From Klebsiella pneumoniae (GTDB lineage: Bacteria > Pseudomonadota > Gammaproteobacteria > Ga0077536), in NCBI GenBank assembly GCA_945861225.1, contig CAMATU010000003.1:1-51624 (forward strand): a stretch of DNA of 51,624 nt. The letters run 5' to 3'. The number at the start of each line of letters is the position of its first letter. Positions within the stretch are counted from its first letter, which is position 1. The notes below the pieces were generated by a model that was not told the DNA's origin, made no database searches, and worked only from the letters and a program-made list of their open reading frames with translations. This document shows positions 39,298 to 49,495 of the stretch, in pieces. A program made the position numbers and the translations under genes.

Positions 39298-40149
39298 CTA
39301 GAGGAGCGCTTGAGGCCGGCGGACTTCGCTTGCGCGCTGATGAAGCAATACGCGTAGCGTGCTCATCTCCGAGCGCATCTCGGCGAGTTCTCGCCTCAGC
39401 TCGGTATCTGGCAAGGCAGCGGTGCGCTCGGCCTCGATCTCGCGCGTGTGCTCACTCTGCATCGATGTCACCACGACGGCGATGAATAGATTGAGCATGG
39501 TGAACGTCGACACCAGAATAAAGATGACGAAAAACAGCCACGCGATTGGGTAGACCACCATAACCGAGCGGGCAATATCCCCCCAGCCTTCCAGCGTCAT
39601 GATCTGGAACAGGGTATAGGAGCTTTCGCCAAGCGTGCCGAACCATTGCGGGAAGTGCTCCGCGAAAAGCTTGGTTGCGATCACGGCGAATACGTAGAGA
39701 ATCACCGCGATGATGCCGATCACCGAGCCGAGCCCGGGGATCGCGGCGAGCAGCCCTCCCGCGACCCGACGCATGCTGGGCACCATCGAGATGAGGCGCA
39801 GCACCCGTAGCACCCGCAACGCCCGCAGCACGGCCAATGGTCCTGTCGCCGGTACAAGCGCAATGCTGACCACGATAAAGTCGAACACGCTCCAGGGATC
39901 GCGAAAGAAATCGCCCCGCCAGACGGCAAGTCGCAGCCCGATCTCCACCACGAACACGGCAAGAATCGCACGGTCGGCAGCGCTAAGCACCGCGCCCCAC
40001 CGAGCCATGATTGCTTCGCTCGTTTCAAGGCCGAGAATGACGGCGTTGACGAGGATGAGTGCGATCAGTACAGCTTGCGCAGGCAGTGATTCAATCCAGC
40101 GCGCGAGCGGCGCGCGCCAGCCGGTAAGCGTGCCTGTGGCGATGCTCAT
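39298..40149 (-). CDS. Bacterial voltage-gated cation channel (BacNav/Cav family)
   Basis: Six TM segments, DPWSVFDF, S4 LRALRVLRVLRLI, pore FQIMTLEGWGD, S6 LNLFIAVVV and a C-terminal coiled coil. Confidence 0.92.
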   Translation of the reverse strand: MSIATGTLTGWRAPLARWIESLPAQAVLIALILVNAVILGLETSEAIMARWGAVLSAADRAILAVFVVEIGLRLAVWRGDFFRDPWSVFDFIVVSIALVPATGPLAVLRALRVLRVLRLISMVPSMRRVAGGLLAAIPGLGSVIGIIAVILYVFAVIATKLFAEHFPQWFGTLGESSYTLFQIMTLEGWGDIARSVMVVYPIAWLFFVIFILVSTFTMLNLFIAVVVTSMQSEHTREIEAERTAALPDTELRRELAEMRSEMSTLRVLLHQRASEVRRPQALL

Positions 40150-41126
40150 TTGGTGTCACGGTCCTTGTGGGCGTCTGCGGCCGGGCGCAGCAGGCTCGCC
40201 GCGATGGATACCGCAAGAATCGTGAAAACCGTACCGAGCATCCAGGGGATGGGGATTTTATAAAAATCCATGATCAGCATCTTCACGCCGATGAACATGA
40301 CGATCAGCGCGAGCCCGTAGTTGAGCAGGTGGAAACGTTCGGCCATGTCGGCGAGCAGGAAGTACATCGCCCGCAGACCGAGGATCGCGAAGATGTTCGA
40401 GGTGAAAACGACGAAAGGGTCAGTGGTGATGGCAAAAATCGCCGGGATGCTGTCGACGGCGAAAATCAGGTCGGTGACCTCGACGAGCACCAGCACGAGA
40501 AACAGCGGTGTCGCGTAGCGCAGCCCGTCCTTCAGGACGAAGAAGCGCTCACCGTGGTAGGCCTCGGTAACGCGCATGTGGTTGCGAATCCAGCGGATTG
40601 CCGGATTCTTGGCAAGATCCGGCTTCTGGTCACCGAAAAGCAGCATCTTTACTCCGGTGGCAAGGAGGAACACGCCAAAGACGTAGAACATCCAGTCAAA
40701 CTTCTCGATCAGCAACACGCCGACATAGATGAGCACCGCCCGCATCACGATCGCGCCGAGCACGCCGTAAAGGAGCACGCGCTTCTGGAACTCCGGCGGC
40801 ACGGCGAAGTAGGTGAACAACGTCACCCAGATGAAGACATTCTCAGTGGCGAGCGCCTTCTCAATGAGGTAGCCAGTCACGTACTCGATGGTTTTTGCGT
40901 TGGCAACCTCGCGGCCATGGGTGCCGTCAACAAACCACCAGAACCAGGCGGCAAATGCCATTGCCGCCATAAACCACACCGCCGCCCACGCGAGCGCCTC
41001 ACGGACCGGCACCTTGTGCTGCCCCTTCGCCTTGAGCAGCACGAAGTCCAGCACGAGAAACACCACCACGAGCATACTAAAACCGAGGTACAGGGCCGGT
41101 GTTCCGGTGTGTTCGATTTCCGTCAC
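40146..41126 (-). CDS. terC: TerC/Alx family metal-homeostasis membrane protein
   Basis: GYLIEKALATENVF, QKRVLLYGVLGAIVMRA, ATPLF and EVTDLIFAVDSIPAIFAITTDPF. AAGGAG RBS. Confidence 0.93.
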   Translation of the reverse strand: MTEIEHTGTPALYLGFSMLVVVFLVLDFVLLKAKGQHKVPVREALAWAAVWFMAAMAFAAWFWWFVDGTHGREVANAKTIEYVTGYLIEKALATENVFIWVTLFTYFAVPPEFQKRVLLYGVLGAIVMRAVLIYVGVLLIEKFDWMFYVFGVFLLATGVKMLLFGDQKPDLAKNPAIRWIRNHMRVTEAYHGERFFVLKDGLRYATPLFLVLVLVEVTDLIFAVDSIPAIFAITTDPFVVFTSNIFAILGLRAMYFLLADMAERFHLLNYGLALIVMFIGVKMLIMDFYKIPIPWMLGTVFTILAVSIAASLLRPAADAHKDRDTK

Positions 41127-41628
41127 CTAGAACTCCTTGTAAGCCCGCAGGCTGTCGTTTGGAAAAATAAAAGGCATCCGCTCATCTCGGCAATGCTAGC
41201 CGCAGATGCAGATAGGCCGGGGCAGCGCCCAACGCTAAGTGTGGTGTGGGCCAGATGGGTGAATGTCGGGGTTCCCTGCGTGGGATCCCCCGGTCCACTG
41301 TCAGCACGAGCCTCTCTGCGGTGCTCCAGAAAGAGCTGACCGGCGAGCTATGGTTCAGAGAATCGTAGCCGCACGGGCCTCACCGAGTACCATCAAGACA
41401 CTGCGCTAGGCGACCAATGGGTAACATCGGCGTCAACGCATTCGCGACATGTGTCGCGAATGTCGCCGCGGCTTCGCCAATCGTTGTCGTGAGCGTGCCG
41501 GTGATTGTGGCGAGCGTGCCAGGGGGCGCGCGACGCGTATCGGCCTAAAAAAGCGCATGGGGTCGAACGCTGGCGCGCAAACCGTGAGCAACATCAACAT
41601 GAATCTCATCATCGTCGTTCTCCGCCTG

Positions 41629-42090
41629 CTAGGCCGTAGCAGAGATCGGCTCGTGCACCGTATGCGCGAGAGCAAAGGGGATATTCATTTCCTTCACGAG
41701 AATTTCCGCGGTCACGTTCCACTGCTTCCACGCGCGATGTATGAGCGTGCACTCGGCTGGCTTTGTCCCGTCAATTTCAGCGAGATAGAGCAGCGCCGCC
41801 GCCGTTATCAGTTGGGTGTTGCGGTCTTCGATGGCGAGGAGCGCGGCGTCGAAACTTGCGTTGTCTGAATTGTCGGTTGGCGCCTCATCGACCAGTCTCT
41901 CGTCGAGACAGAACGCGAGTAACACCATGAAGCGTTCGCGTTCGATGCCGAGGATCTGGAGCAGGCCGGCGTTGCCGAGAAAATCCAGCTCGCGCCAATC
42001 GAGTCGCGCATCATGGGCAATCAAGGTTGCGATCACGTGCGCTGCAGCTTGCGGGCTGTTCCGGCGATAAGACGCGCGAGTATCTGACAT
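41629..42090 (-). CDS. TerB-like protein
   Basis: SYRRNSPQAAAHVIA.LI..DARLD..E and a later L.EIDG...AEC repeat, the TerB two-half pattern. Confidence 0.6.
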   Translation of the reverse strand: MSDTRASYRRNSPQAAAHVIATLIAHDARLDWRELDFLGNAGLLQILGIERERFMVLLAFCLDERLVDEAPTDNSDNASFDAALLAIEDRNTQLITAAALLYLAEIDGTKPAECTLIHRAWKQWNVTAEILVKEMNIPFALAHTVHEPISATA

Positions 42091-42599
42091 GTTTATTCCG
42101 CTCCGGATTGTTGTTGAATGCAATGTAGCCGCAAATCTAGGGGTATCAGAGAACAAGGTAAAACCGCTTTATAGGAATTCATACATCGAGAAAACCGAAT
42201 AATAAGCGAATGGAATTATTCGACTTCTTTGCGGCTTTGGGGCTTGCGTTCCGTTCCGCAGGCAATCCACGTAGTCAGCCGAGACCAAGCTGCGGAATAG
42301 CAACGCCATTGTTCAGCTCGATCATGGGTGCTGATGTACCTTCCGCTGCCATGTCTTTCCTATCGCTTAATGTTTCGAGCCCTTGTCGCATTTCGCTATA
42401 CGCATCGCCGCGCGGCTGCAAGACCTATACCGCGAACTTCCGCGCGAGCGTCCGCACGCTGGAAACTGGGAGGCGCGGTCATGGGACCGCTTTGGGTCGA
42501 TTGTTGCCACTCATTGCGGCGCAGAAAATCATAACTACGTTTCTATAACCGCCCGCTATTTGTTTCGGACTTTGTCGCCAACCGAAAGCGACGCATTCA

Positions 42600-42839
42600 A
42601 TGTCGAGGCATAAGCCGTCGTTCACGCTGCGTGCGGCTGACACCCTGCCCGGGTGTGGCGATCTCTGTTTCGTGTGGGGTGGGACGGTCGTTGAAAGGAT
42701 CGCCGCGATCCGCGCGGTCGGGGCGTCGATCGAAGAAGGGCCTATTGGCCGGGAAGGTGGCCGCAACATCGAAGGCACGAGCGCATACGCGCGCGACCCG
42801 GACGGCAACCTCGTGGAGCTGATGGTGTACCCTGCTTGA
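42600..42839 (+). pseudogene. VOC/glyoxalase-family 3' fragment
   Basis: PGCGDLCFVW...IEEGP..REG..SAYARDPDGNLVEL. N-terminal half absent. Confidence 0.7.
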
Positions 42840-42882
42840 ACATTCTGCTTTCCCTTCCACCCGATACAGTGAGGATGAAGAC

Positions 42883-43911
42883 ATGAGCGATTTCGAATTC
42901 GGCCTGCTCTACTCGTTCCGCAATCCGCCGCGCTGGCATGCGCCGTGGGAGCAAGTGTACGACCAGCACATTCGGCACATCGTCGAGATGGAGCAGGCCG
43001 GCTTCGACACCATCTGGCTCACCGAGCACCATTTCAGCGAGGACGGCTACCTGCCGCAGATGGCGACGATGACTGCGGCGCTGGCGATGGTCACGAAGAA
43101 GGTGACCATCGGCCAGGCGATCATCGAGCTGCCACTCCATCATCCTGTCGCGCTGGCGGAGCAGCTCGCCATCGCTGACATCCTGTCCCACGGCCGCGTG
43201 CGCGTAGGCGTGGGCCTCGGGCGCATGAACTACGACTGGCGCGATTCCTTCCGGCACGAAGGGATGGTGTTCGGCGCATCACTCGACGCGAAAGTGCGCG
43301 CGCGGATGTTCGAAGAGCAGATCAACATCCTGCGCAAGTGCTGGGCCGATGGCCCGTTTAAGCACCAGGGCGAGTTCTACGATTTCCCGGAGATCGACGT
43401 CACACCCAAACCCGTGCAGGCCGGCGGCCTCGAGATCTGGTTCGGCGTCGGCGACCAGGCGCGCAAGGCCGTCGATCGTGCCGCGCGCATGGGTCAGGGC
43501 TGGACCGGCTTCCCGGGCGGGCTCGATAACTACCTGAACAAGGTCCGCGAGCACGGGCGCATGACCGAGGCGGGCAAGGCGGTGGTATTCATGCCGCAGC
43601 TTCCCGCTGATGACCCGGAAGCAATGAACGCCAGATACGGCGAGCACCTGGCCTACATTCCGAACTGGTACAACCCCGGTGGACCGCTGACGACGCCGGC
43701 ATGGGACGAGCCGAATGCCGAGCCGACCGTCGGCTGGTTCGCCGAGCCCGAGGTGATCGCGCGCCAGCTCGACCAAGTGCGCGCGCGAGGCGCGACTGGC
43801 GCGCTGTGGTTCGCACCGTTCGCGGGAGTCAGTGCATTGGAGGCGAGCCCGATTTTCGCCGACCTGATTACAAAGGTGAAACCGCTGATGGGCCGCATAG
43901 CGGCGCGGTGA
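42883..43911 (+). CDS. LLM-class flavin-dependent oxidoreductase
   Basis: EQAGFDTIWLTEHHF, PLHHPVALAEQLAIADILSHGRVRVGVGLG and VTPKPVQ. Confidence 0.92.
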   Translation: MSDFEFGLLYSFRNPPRWHAPWEQVYDQHIRHIVEMEQAGFDTIWLTEHHFSEDGYLPQMATMTAALAMVTKKVTIGQAIIELPLHHPVALAEQLAIADILSHGRVRVGVGLGRMNYDWRDSFRHEGMVFGASLDAKVRARMFEEQINILRKCWADGPFKHQGEFYDFPEIDVTPKPVQAGGLEIWFGVGDQARKAVDRAARMGQGWTGFPGGLDNYLNKVREHGRMTEAGKAVVFMPQLPADDPEAMNARYGEHLAYIPNWYNPGGPLTTPAWDEPNAEPTVGWFAEPEVIARQLDQVRARGATGALWFAPFAGVSALEASPIFADLITKVKPLMGRIAAR

Positions 43912-43971
43912 CGTGACGCCGTCGGCCGGGCTGCGCGCGAGGCGCGCTGCTCAGCTCGCGACCCACGACCA

Positions 43972-44255
43972 GGTCAAGATGTCGATCTTGAACACCCGCT
44001 TCAACCGTTCCGCCCTCGTCATCGAGACGTGGCGCACAAGGATGTGCGCCATCAATTCCAGTGGCTCGAACACCACGTCCGTCGTGCCATCACGGTAGGG
44101 TGTTTTGAGACGCTACCGAATATTCCCCTGCGCCGTTAACGACGACCGCTCAGTCGAGACTGCTGGGCGCGTGATATAGCGGCACAGGCGTTCGAGCTTC
44201 TCGCGTTCGTGCGCCTCGCTCGCCACCCCGGCGTGCAACGAGAACCCAGCGGCTT
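43972..44255 (-). mobile_element. IS91/ISCR-family transposase C-terminal remnants
   Basis: [10 protein letters not shown]...[16 protein letters not shown]...*RLKTPYRDGTTDVVFEPLE and MTRAERLKRVFKIDI, with an internal stop and deletion. Confidence 0.85.
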
Positions 44256-44728
44256 TCGTAACGTGCACTTCAGTTACCTGGACACACCCGTGCTGAAAGG
44301 CGTTTCCGTCAGCATTGCGCCCGGAGAAAAACTCGCGATTGTCGGCCCCACCGGATCGGGCAAGAGCACGCTGATCCGTCTGCTTTCCCGTTTCTATGAC
44401 TTCGACGACGGACTCATCTTCCTGGACGGGATTGATCTGAACCGCATTCGCACGGGTCTTGGCCGCAGATCCGGAAATACTCATTCTCGATGAAGCCACA
44501 GCCAGCATCGATACCCAGACCGAATTACTTATTCAGGATGCCATCCGCAAACTGACCGCCGGCCGCACGTCGATCCTGATCGCCCATCGTCTGCTGACCA
44601 TTCAGGAAGCGAGCCGAATTCTGGTGCTCGAAGACGGGTTGATTCGCGAAATTGGCACACACCCAGTTGCTGGAAGCAGAAGGGTTGTATGCAACCCTGC
44701 ATCGCCTGCAGTTTCAGGAGACCACTGA
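44255..44728 (+). pseudogene. ABC exporter ATPase-domain fragments
   Basis: FRNVHFSY...[11 protein letters not shown]...RFYD, then [12 protein letters not shown]...IAHRL. The signature-motif region is deleted and frameshifted. Confidence 0.85.
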
Positions 44729-44775
44729 CAAGCCATCTGTGCTGTAGCGCGGGGCTGGCAACCTAAACGCGTCCC

Positions 44776-45936
44776 TTAGCGCAGCACCCGATTCAGTGTC
44801 AGGTACCCGACTGCAGCGCTCACGACAGAGCCAAGCAGGATGCCAATCCGTTCATCGAACAACAGATTGTCAGACGTGTGTTCGAAGGCCAGCGAGGCAA
44901 TGAAGAGACTCATCGTAAAGCCGATGCCACAGAGCACGGCAACCCCATAGATCATCGACCAGGTAACACCCTTCGGCAGTTTGGCGATACCGGATTTGAC
45001 ACCTATCCAGCAAAACGCAAAGACCCCAATCTGTTTGCCGACGAACAGTCCAGCGGCAATACCGAGGGGCACAGGATGCAGAAACTGTTCAAAGCCGAAA
45101 TTCGGGAACGTGACCCCCGCATTGGCAAACGCGAACAGCGGCAAGATTCCGAATGCGACCAGCGTGTGCAGGTCGTGCTCGAGACCATGCAGTGGCGAAG
45201 GCTCCGTCGCGCTGGACCTGATGGGTATGAAAGCCGCGAGAATCACCCCCGCAAGTGTGGCGTGAACACCGGACTTGAGCAGCGCAATCCACATGATCAA
45301 CCCGACAAAGAGGTATGGCGCTCGCGCCATGACCCGCATCCGATTCAAACCCAGCAACACAATAATGCAGAGTGCAGCAACGACCATCGCCGACGCAAGC
45401 AGTTGCTCGGTGTAAAACAGCGCGATGATCACGATCGCACCGAGATCATCAAAAATGGCGATGGAAACCAGCAGAACACGAAGCGACACCGGTACCCGCT
45501 TGCCAAGCAGACCCAGTACGGCTGCGGCAAAAGCGATATCAGTCGCTGCCGGGATGGCCCAGCCCTGCATGGCCACCGGGTCATCCATGTTGATCCCGGT
45601 GTAAATCAATGCAGGCAAAGCCATGCCCCCCGCCGCACCAAAAGCAGGCAGCATCGCCTGCCGAAAGTCGGCAATCTCGCCCTCGAACAACTCACGTTTG
45701 AGTTCCAGCCCGATCAGCAGAAAGAATACGGCCATCAAACCGTCGTTGATCCAGAGAAGCAGCGGTTTGGCGATGACAAATTCCCCGACACGAACATGTA
45801 CCGGCAAATCGATCAGCGCCGCATGAAACCAGGAGAGCGGCGAGTTGGCCACAGCAAGCGCAAGCACTGCCGCCAGTACAAGCATCAGGCCACCGGCGGA
45901 TTCCAGTTTCAGAAAGTCTCTCAGAGCTTCAAACAA
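44776..45936 (-). CDS. nhaA: Na+/H+ antiporter NhaA
   Basis: LLWINDGLMAVFF, GLELKRE, GWAIPAATDIAF, AIFDDLGAI, SGVHATLAGV, GKQIG and CGIGFTMSLFI. Confidence 0.95.
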   Translation of the reverse strand: MFEALRDFLKLESAGGLMLVLAAVLALAVANSPLSWFHAALIDLPVHVRVGEFVIAKPLLLWINDGLMAVFFLLIGLELKRELFEGEIADFRQAMLPAFGAAGGMALPALIYTGINMDDPVAMQGWAIPAATDIAFAAAVLGLLGKRVPVSLRVLLVSIAIFDDLGAIVIIALFYTEQLLASAMVVAALCIIVLLGLNRMRVMARAPYLFVGLIMWIALLKSGVHATLAGVILAAFIPIRSSATEPSPLHGLEHDLHTLVAFGILPLFAFANAGVTFPNFGFEQFLHPVPLGIAAGLFVGKQIGVFAFCWIGVKSGIAKLPKGVTWSMIYGVAVLCGIGFTMSLFIASLAFEHTSDNLLFDERIGILLGSVVSAAVGYLTLNRVLR

Positions 45937-46214
45937 TCGGGTTCATCCGAGTTAGCGTGAGTTTTGGTCAGGCAGCCCAGATCAAAAACGGACTATTGAG
46001 GCAGATTGGCCACGCTGGCGCGCCAGAGTTTACCCGCCAGATTTTGAATATTCGCCCCATGTACCGAGTAAATCCTGGTCGCAACATCCGGTTCCGGAGA
46101 CAGTTCATCAGTAGTTCCATCTTCATGCCTGACTGTAACGCGATAACGTTCCGCTGCAATCTCCTCGATGGCCTACACGACGGGAAATAGTGTATTGGCA
46201 ACAACACAGACCGC

Positions 46215-46392
46215 GACCATCGCTGCACATGCGCCGGCAATGTCCGATCACGCGCCGCCAGGTGTTCCATGAACGCCGGGTAGTGGGCTTCAACCAGTTA
46301 ATACAGGACGTCTGTTCGGGACGATGGCGGGCATACTCGCCCGTACGCGCAGCCCCAGCGACGGCGTCCTTGCCGGCCAATAACGGCGTCAT
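46215..46392 (-). mobile_element. IS91/ISCR-family transposase N-terminal remnant
   Basis: YARHRPEQT...LVEAHYPAFMEHLAARDRTLPAHVQR across frameshifts, matching the Y.RHRPEQT N-terminus of these transposases. Confidence 0.7.
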
Positions 46393-46520
46393 GCATCGCG
46401 TCCTTGCGATACCTCACGAGCCGGTAGTCTAGCGGGTCATCGATTCGTCTCACCAGCGCGGGCGCGGGGTAGCGCCAGCCGATAGTCTGGCTCGTTAGTC
46501 GAGTCCGCCGATCCATCTGA

Positions 46521-46847
<327 letters not shown>

Positions 46848-46987
46848 TTGAGGGAGCGACATAATCTGTTCTGGATCCGTTCCCCCCGGTCATCGATCAG
46901 TTCGACGTGGTCTCGATTAACGTCACTTCACGCGACGCTCGATTCCTGCGCAGAGGGCCGTTATCTTTTCTCGTGCGCGTGATTGCC

Positions 46988-47016
46988 CTTGAAAAACCTG
47001 CCTGCCAACACCATTA
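46988..47016 (+). promoter_or_regulatory. Putative sigma32 (RpoH) promoter of hflKC
   Basis: CTTGAAA-14 nt-CACCATTA, against the consensus CTTGAAA-N13-15-CCCCATnT. Confidence 0.65.
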
Positions 47017-47103
47017 GGGACTGGCGGAATCAGCACCGATCATCGCAATACGAAGACACCGAGCGTAATCTCACGCGTGCACCATCTATAAAGGACATTA
47101 TCA

Positions 47104-48156
47104 ATGCCACCACAGCGAGGTGACGGCGGTCGGGGCGACCCCTGGAATAGCCAGTCCCCTCCCGATCTTGAAGACCTGATCCGGCACGGGCAGCAGCGGC
47201 TCAGGCAGGCCATGCCCGGTGGTAGTCCGCGAGGACTAATCGTCTACGCCCTTATCGCACTCGCCGTGCTGGGCGCCTGGACGGCCTACTACACGGTACC
47301 GAGCGACTCTGTCGCGGTCGTCCAACGTTTCGGCAAGTATCTCAAGGACGTTCCGCCGGGACTGCATTTCAAGCTCCCTCTGGGCATCGATGCGGCGACG
47401 ATCTTGCCCGTGAAACGGCAGTTGAAGCAGGAATTCGGGTTCGTGACCCCGGGTGCCATCGACCCCTACCAGAGCCCGCGTGACGGCAGCCGGGAAACAG
47501 AAATGGTGACCGGCGACCTGAACGCCGCACTGGTCGAATGGGTGGTGCAATATCGTATCTCGGATCCGGTCAGGTTCCTGTTCGAGGTTCGGGAACCCAG
47601 TGAAACGCTGCGCTCCCTTTCCGAATCTGTCATGCGCGAAGTCGTCGGCGATCGCACCGTGGACGAGGTCATCACCATCGGCCGGCAGGAAATCGAATCC
47701 GAAGCGCTGACCAAGATGCAGGCGCTCGCGACGAAATACGCGATGGGGATCAGTATCGACCAGGTGCAACTGAAGAACATCAATCCGCCCGGCCCGGTGC
47801 AGGAATCGTTCAACGAGGTCAACCAGGCCCAGCAGGAGAAGCAGAAGCTGATCAACGAAGCCCGGCGCGATTACAACAAGGTGATTCCGCTGGCCGAGGG
47901 CGAGAAGGATCAGCGCATCCGCGAGGCCGATGGCTATCGGCTCAAACGCATCAATGAGGCGGAAGGTGATGTTGCCCGCTTCAGTGCGCTGTTGGCGCAA
48001 TACAGCAAGGCCCCGGAGGTCACGCGTCGCCGTATCTATATCGAGACCCTGCAGGACGTCATGCCGGGCATCCGCTCGAAGATCATTGTCGATGACCAGG
48101 CGCGCAGCATCCTGCCCTTGCTCAATCTCAACACCCAGAAGGGAGAGCAGCCATGA
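47104..48156 (+). CDS. hflK: FtsH protease modulator HflK
   Basis: PPDLEDL, VVQRFGK..PGLHFKLPLGID, MVTGDLN, AEGE and APEVTRRRIYIET. Confidence 0.92.
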   Translation: MPPQRGDGGRGDPWNSQSPPDLEDLIRHGQQRLRQAMPGGSPRGLIVYALIALAVLGAWTAYYTVPSDSVAVVQRFGKYLKDVPPGLHFKLPLGIDAATILPVKRQLKQEFGFVTPGAIDPYQSPRDGSRETEMVTGDLNAALVEWVVQYRISDPVRFLFEVREPSETLRSLSESVMREVVGDRTVDEVITIGRQEIESEALTKMQALATKYAMGISIDQVQLKNINPPGPVQESFNEVNQAQQEKQKLINEARRDYNKVIPLAEGEKDQRIREADGYRLKRINEAEGDVARFSALLAQYSKAPEVTRRRIYIETLQDVMPGIRSKIIVDDQARSILPLLNLNTQKGEQP

Positions 48157-49172
48157 CGGGGATCGCGCCGACTGCAGTTTTCGCTGTTTTGGCAGCCGCT
48201 GCGGCGGTGGCGACGAGTTCACTTTATACGGTGAGCGAAGTCGAACAAATGATCATCACCCAGTTCGGCAAGCCGGTAGGCGCCGCCGTGACTTCCGCCG
48301 GGCTCAAGGTCAAGGTGCCCTTTATCCAGGACGTCAACCCGATCGACAAGCGGGTGCTCGAGTGGGACGGCACCCCGTCGGATATGCCGACCAAGGACAA
48401 GCTCTATATCTCCGTCGAGCTCTTCGCGCGCTGGCGAATTACCGATCCGCTCCAGTACTATCTGCGCCTGCGTGACGAGCGCAGTGCACAGTCCCGCCTC
48501 GACGACATTTTCGGCAGCGAGACGCGAAACGCTGTCGCCAAGCATGAACTGATCGAGATCATCCGCACCACCAAGGATCGCACGCCATTGCGCGACGTTC
48601 TGCTGACCGACGCAGAACGCGAGCTGGATATGGGGACGCTGGTGCCGATCAAGAAGGGACGCAAGCTCGTTGAACAGGTTATCTTCACAGCGGCCGCGGA
48701 GAAGGTTCGCGTGTTCGGGATCGAGTTGCTCGATATACGGTTCAAGCGGATCAACTACAACGACAGTGTGCGCCCGAAGATCTACGACCGGATGACCAGC
48801 GAGCGGCGCCAGATTGCTGAACGCTTCCTGTCGGAAGGTAATGGCGAGGCGGCAAGGATTCGCGGCAATCGGGTGCGCGACCTGAACAAGATACAGTCTG
48901 AAGCCTACCGGCAGGTCGAGGAGATCCGCGGCGTGGCGGACGCCAAAGCCACCGAGATCTACGCGGAGGCGTATAACCAAAGCCCGGAGGCGGTGGCGTT
49001 CTATGAATTCACCCGCACCATGCAGGCCTACAAAACCATCATCGCCAAGAATACGACCCTGGTGCTGTCCACGGACAGCGATCTCTTCAAATTCCTGAAG
49101 GGTATGAGCCCAGTTGGCGAGGTTGTCCCAAGGGGCAGTCCGGCGACAATCGATGACGACGCGGGTATGTGA
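48153..49172 (+). CDS. hflC: FtsH protease modulator HflC
   Basis: IITQFGKP, GLKVKVPFIQ, PTKDK, RMTSERRQIA.RF.SEG and FYEFTRTMQAY. ATGA overlap with hflK. Confidence 0.92.
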   Translation: MTGIAPTAVFAVLAAAAAVATSSLYTVSEVEQMIITQFGKPVGAAVTSAGLKVKVPFIQDVNPIDKRVLEWDGTPSDMPTKDKLYISVELFARWRITDPLQYYLRLRDERSAQSRLDDIFGSETRNAVAKHELIEIIRTTKDRTPLRDVLLTDAERELDMGTLVPIKKGRKLVEQVIFTAAAEKVRVFGIELLDIRFKRINYNDSVRPKIYDRMTSERRQIAERFLSEGNGEAARIRGNRVRDLNKIQSEAYRQVEEIRGVADAKATEIYAEAYNQSPEAVAFYEFTRTMQAYKTIIAKNTTLVLSTDSDLFKFLKGMSPVGEVVPRGSPATIDDDAGM

Positions 49173-49190
49173 TTTCTTCACCCGCAACCA

Positions 49191-49495
49191 TTATCCAGCA
49201 TCCAGCTTGCGGTCCATCTTTACGCGCGTACTGACCGGATAATGCACGAAGTCGGTCTGCGCGTCGGCGATCATTCGCGCGACTTCATCGGCGTTTGTCT
49301 GCGCCGGGTTGATCCATTCTTCATATTGGTCAGGCAGAAGCGCCCCAATCAAAGCGCCGTCTTCGGCCTTCATCAACATCTGTACCGTGGTTTTGGGCCC
49401 GACATTGAAGCGTCGCTTCAGCGAGTGCGGGCTTCGACGATCTATCCGGAAGTACCGTTCAATCGCTGCGTCGTCCGGAGACACGTAGCAGCCCC
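49191..49495 (-). pseudogene. SRAP (SOS-response-associated peptidase) remnant
   Basis: YVSPDDAAIERYF...RFNVGP, then L.PDQYEEW.NP...YPVSTRV. The centre and the N-terminal MCGR are missing. Confidence 0.65.

Noticed and set aside
41127-41430. yybP-ykoY Mn2+ riboswitch upstream of terC/alx
   Set aside because: Expected from family context, but I could not find the conserved GGGGAGTAG and GAGACC elements on the minus strand. An Rfam scan would settle it.
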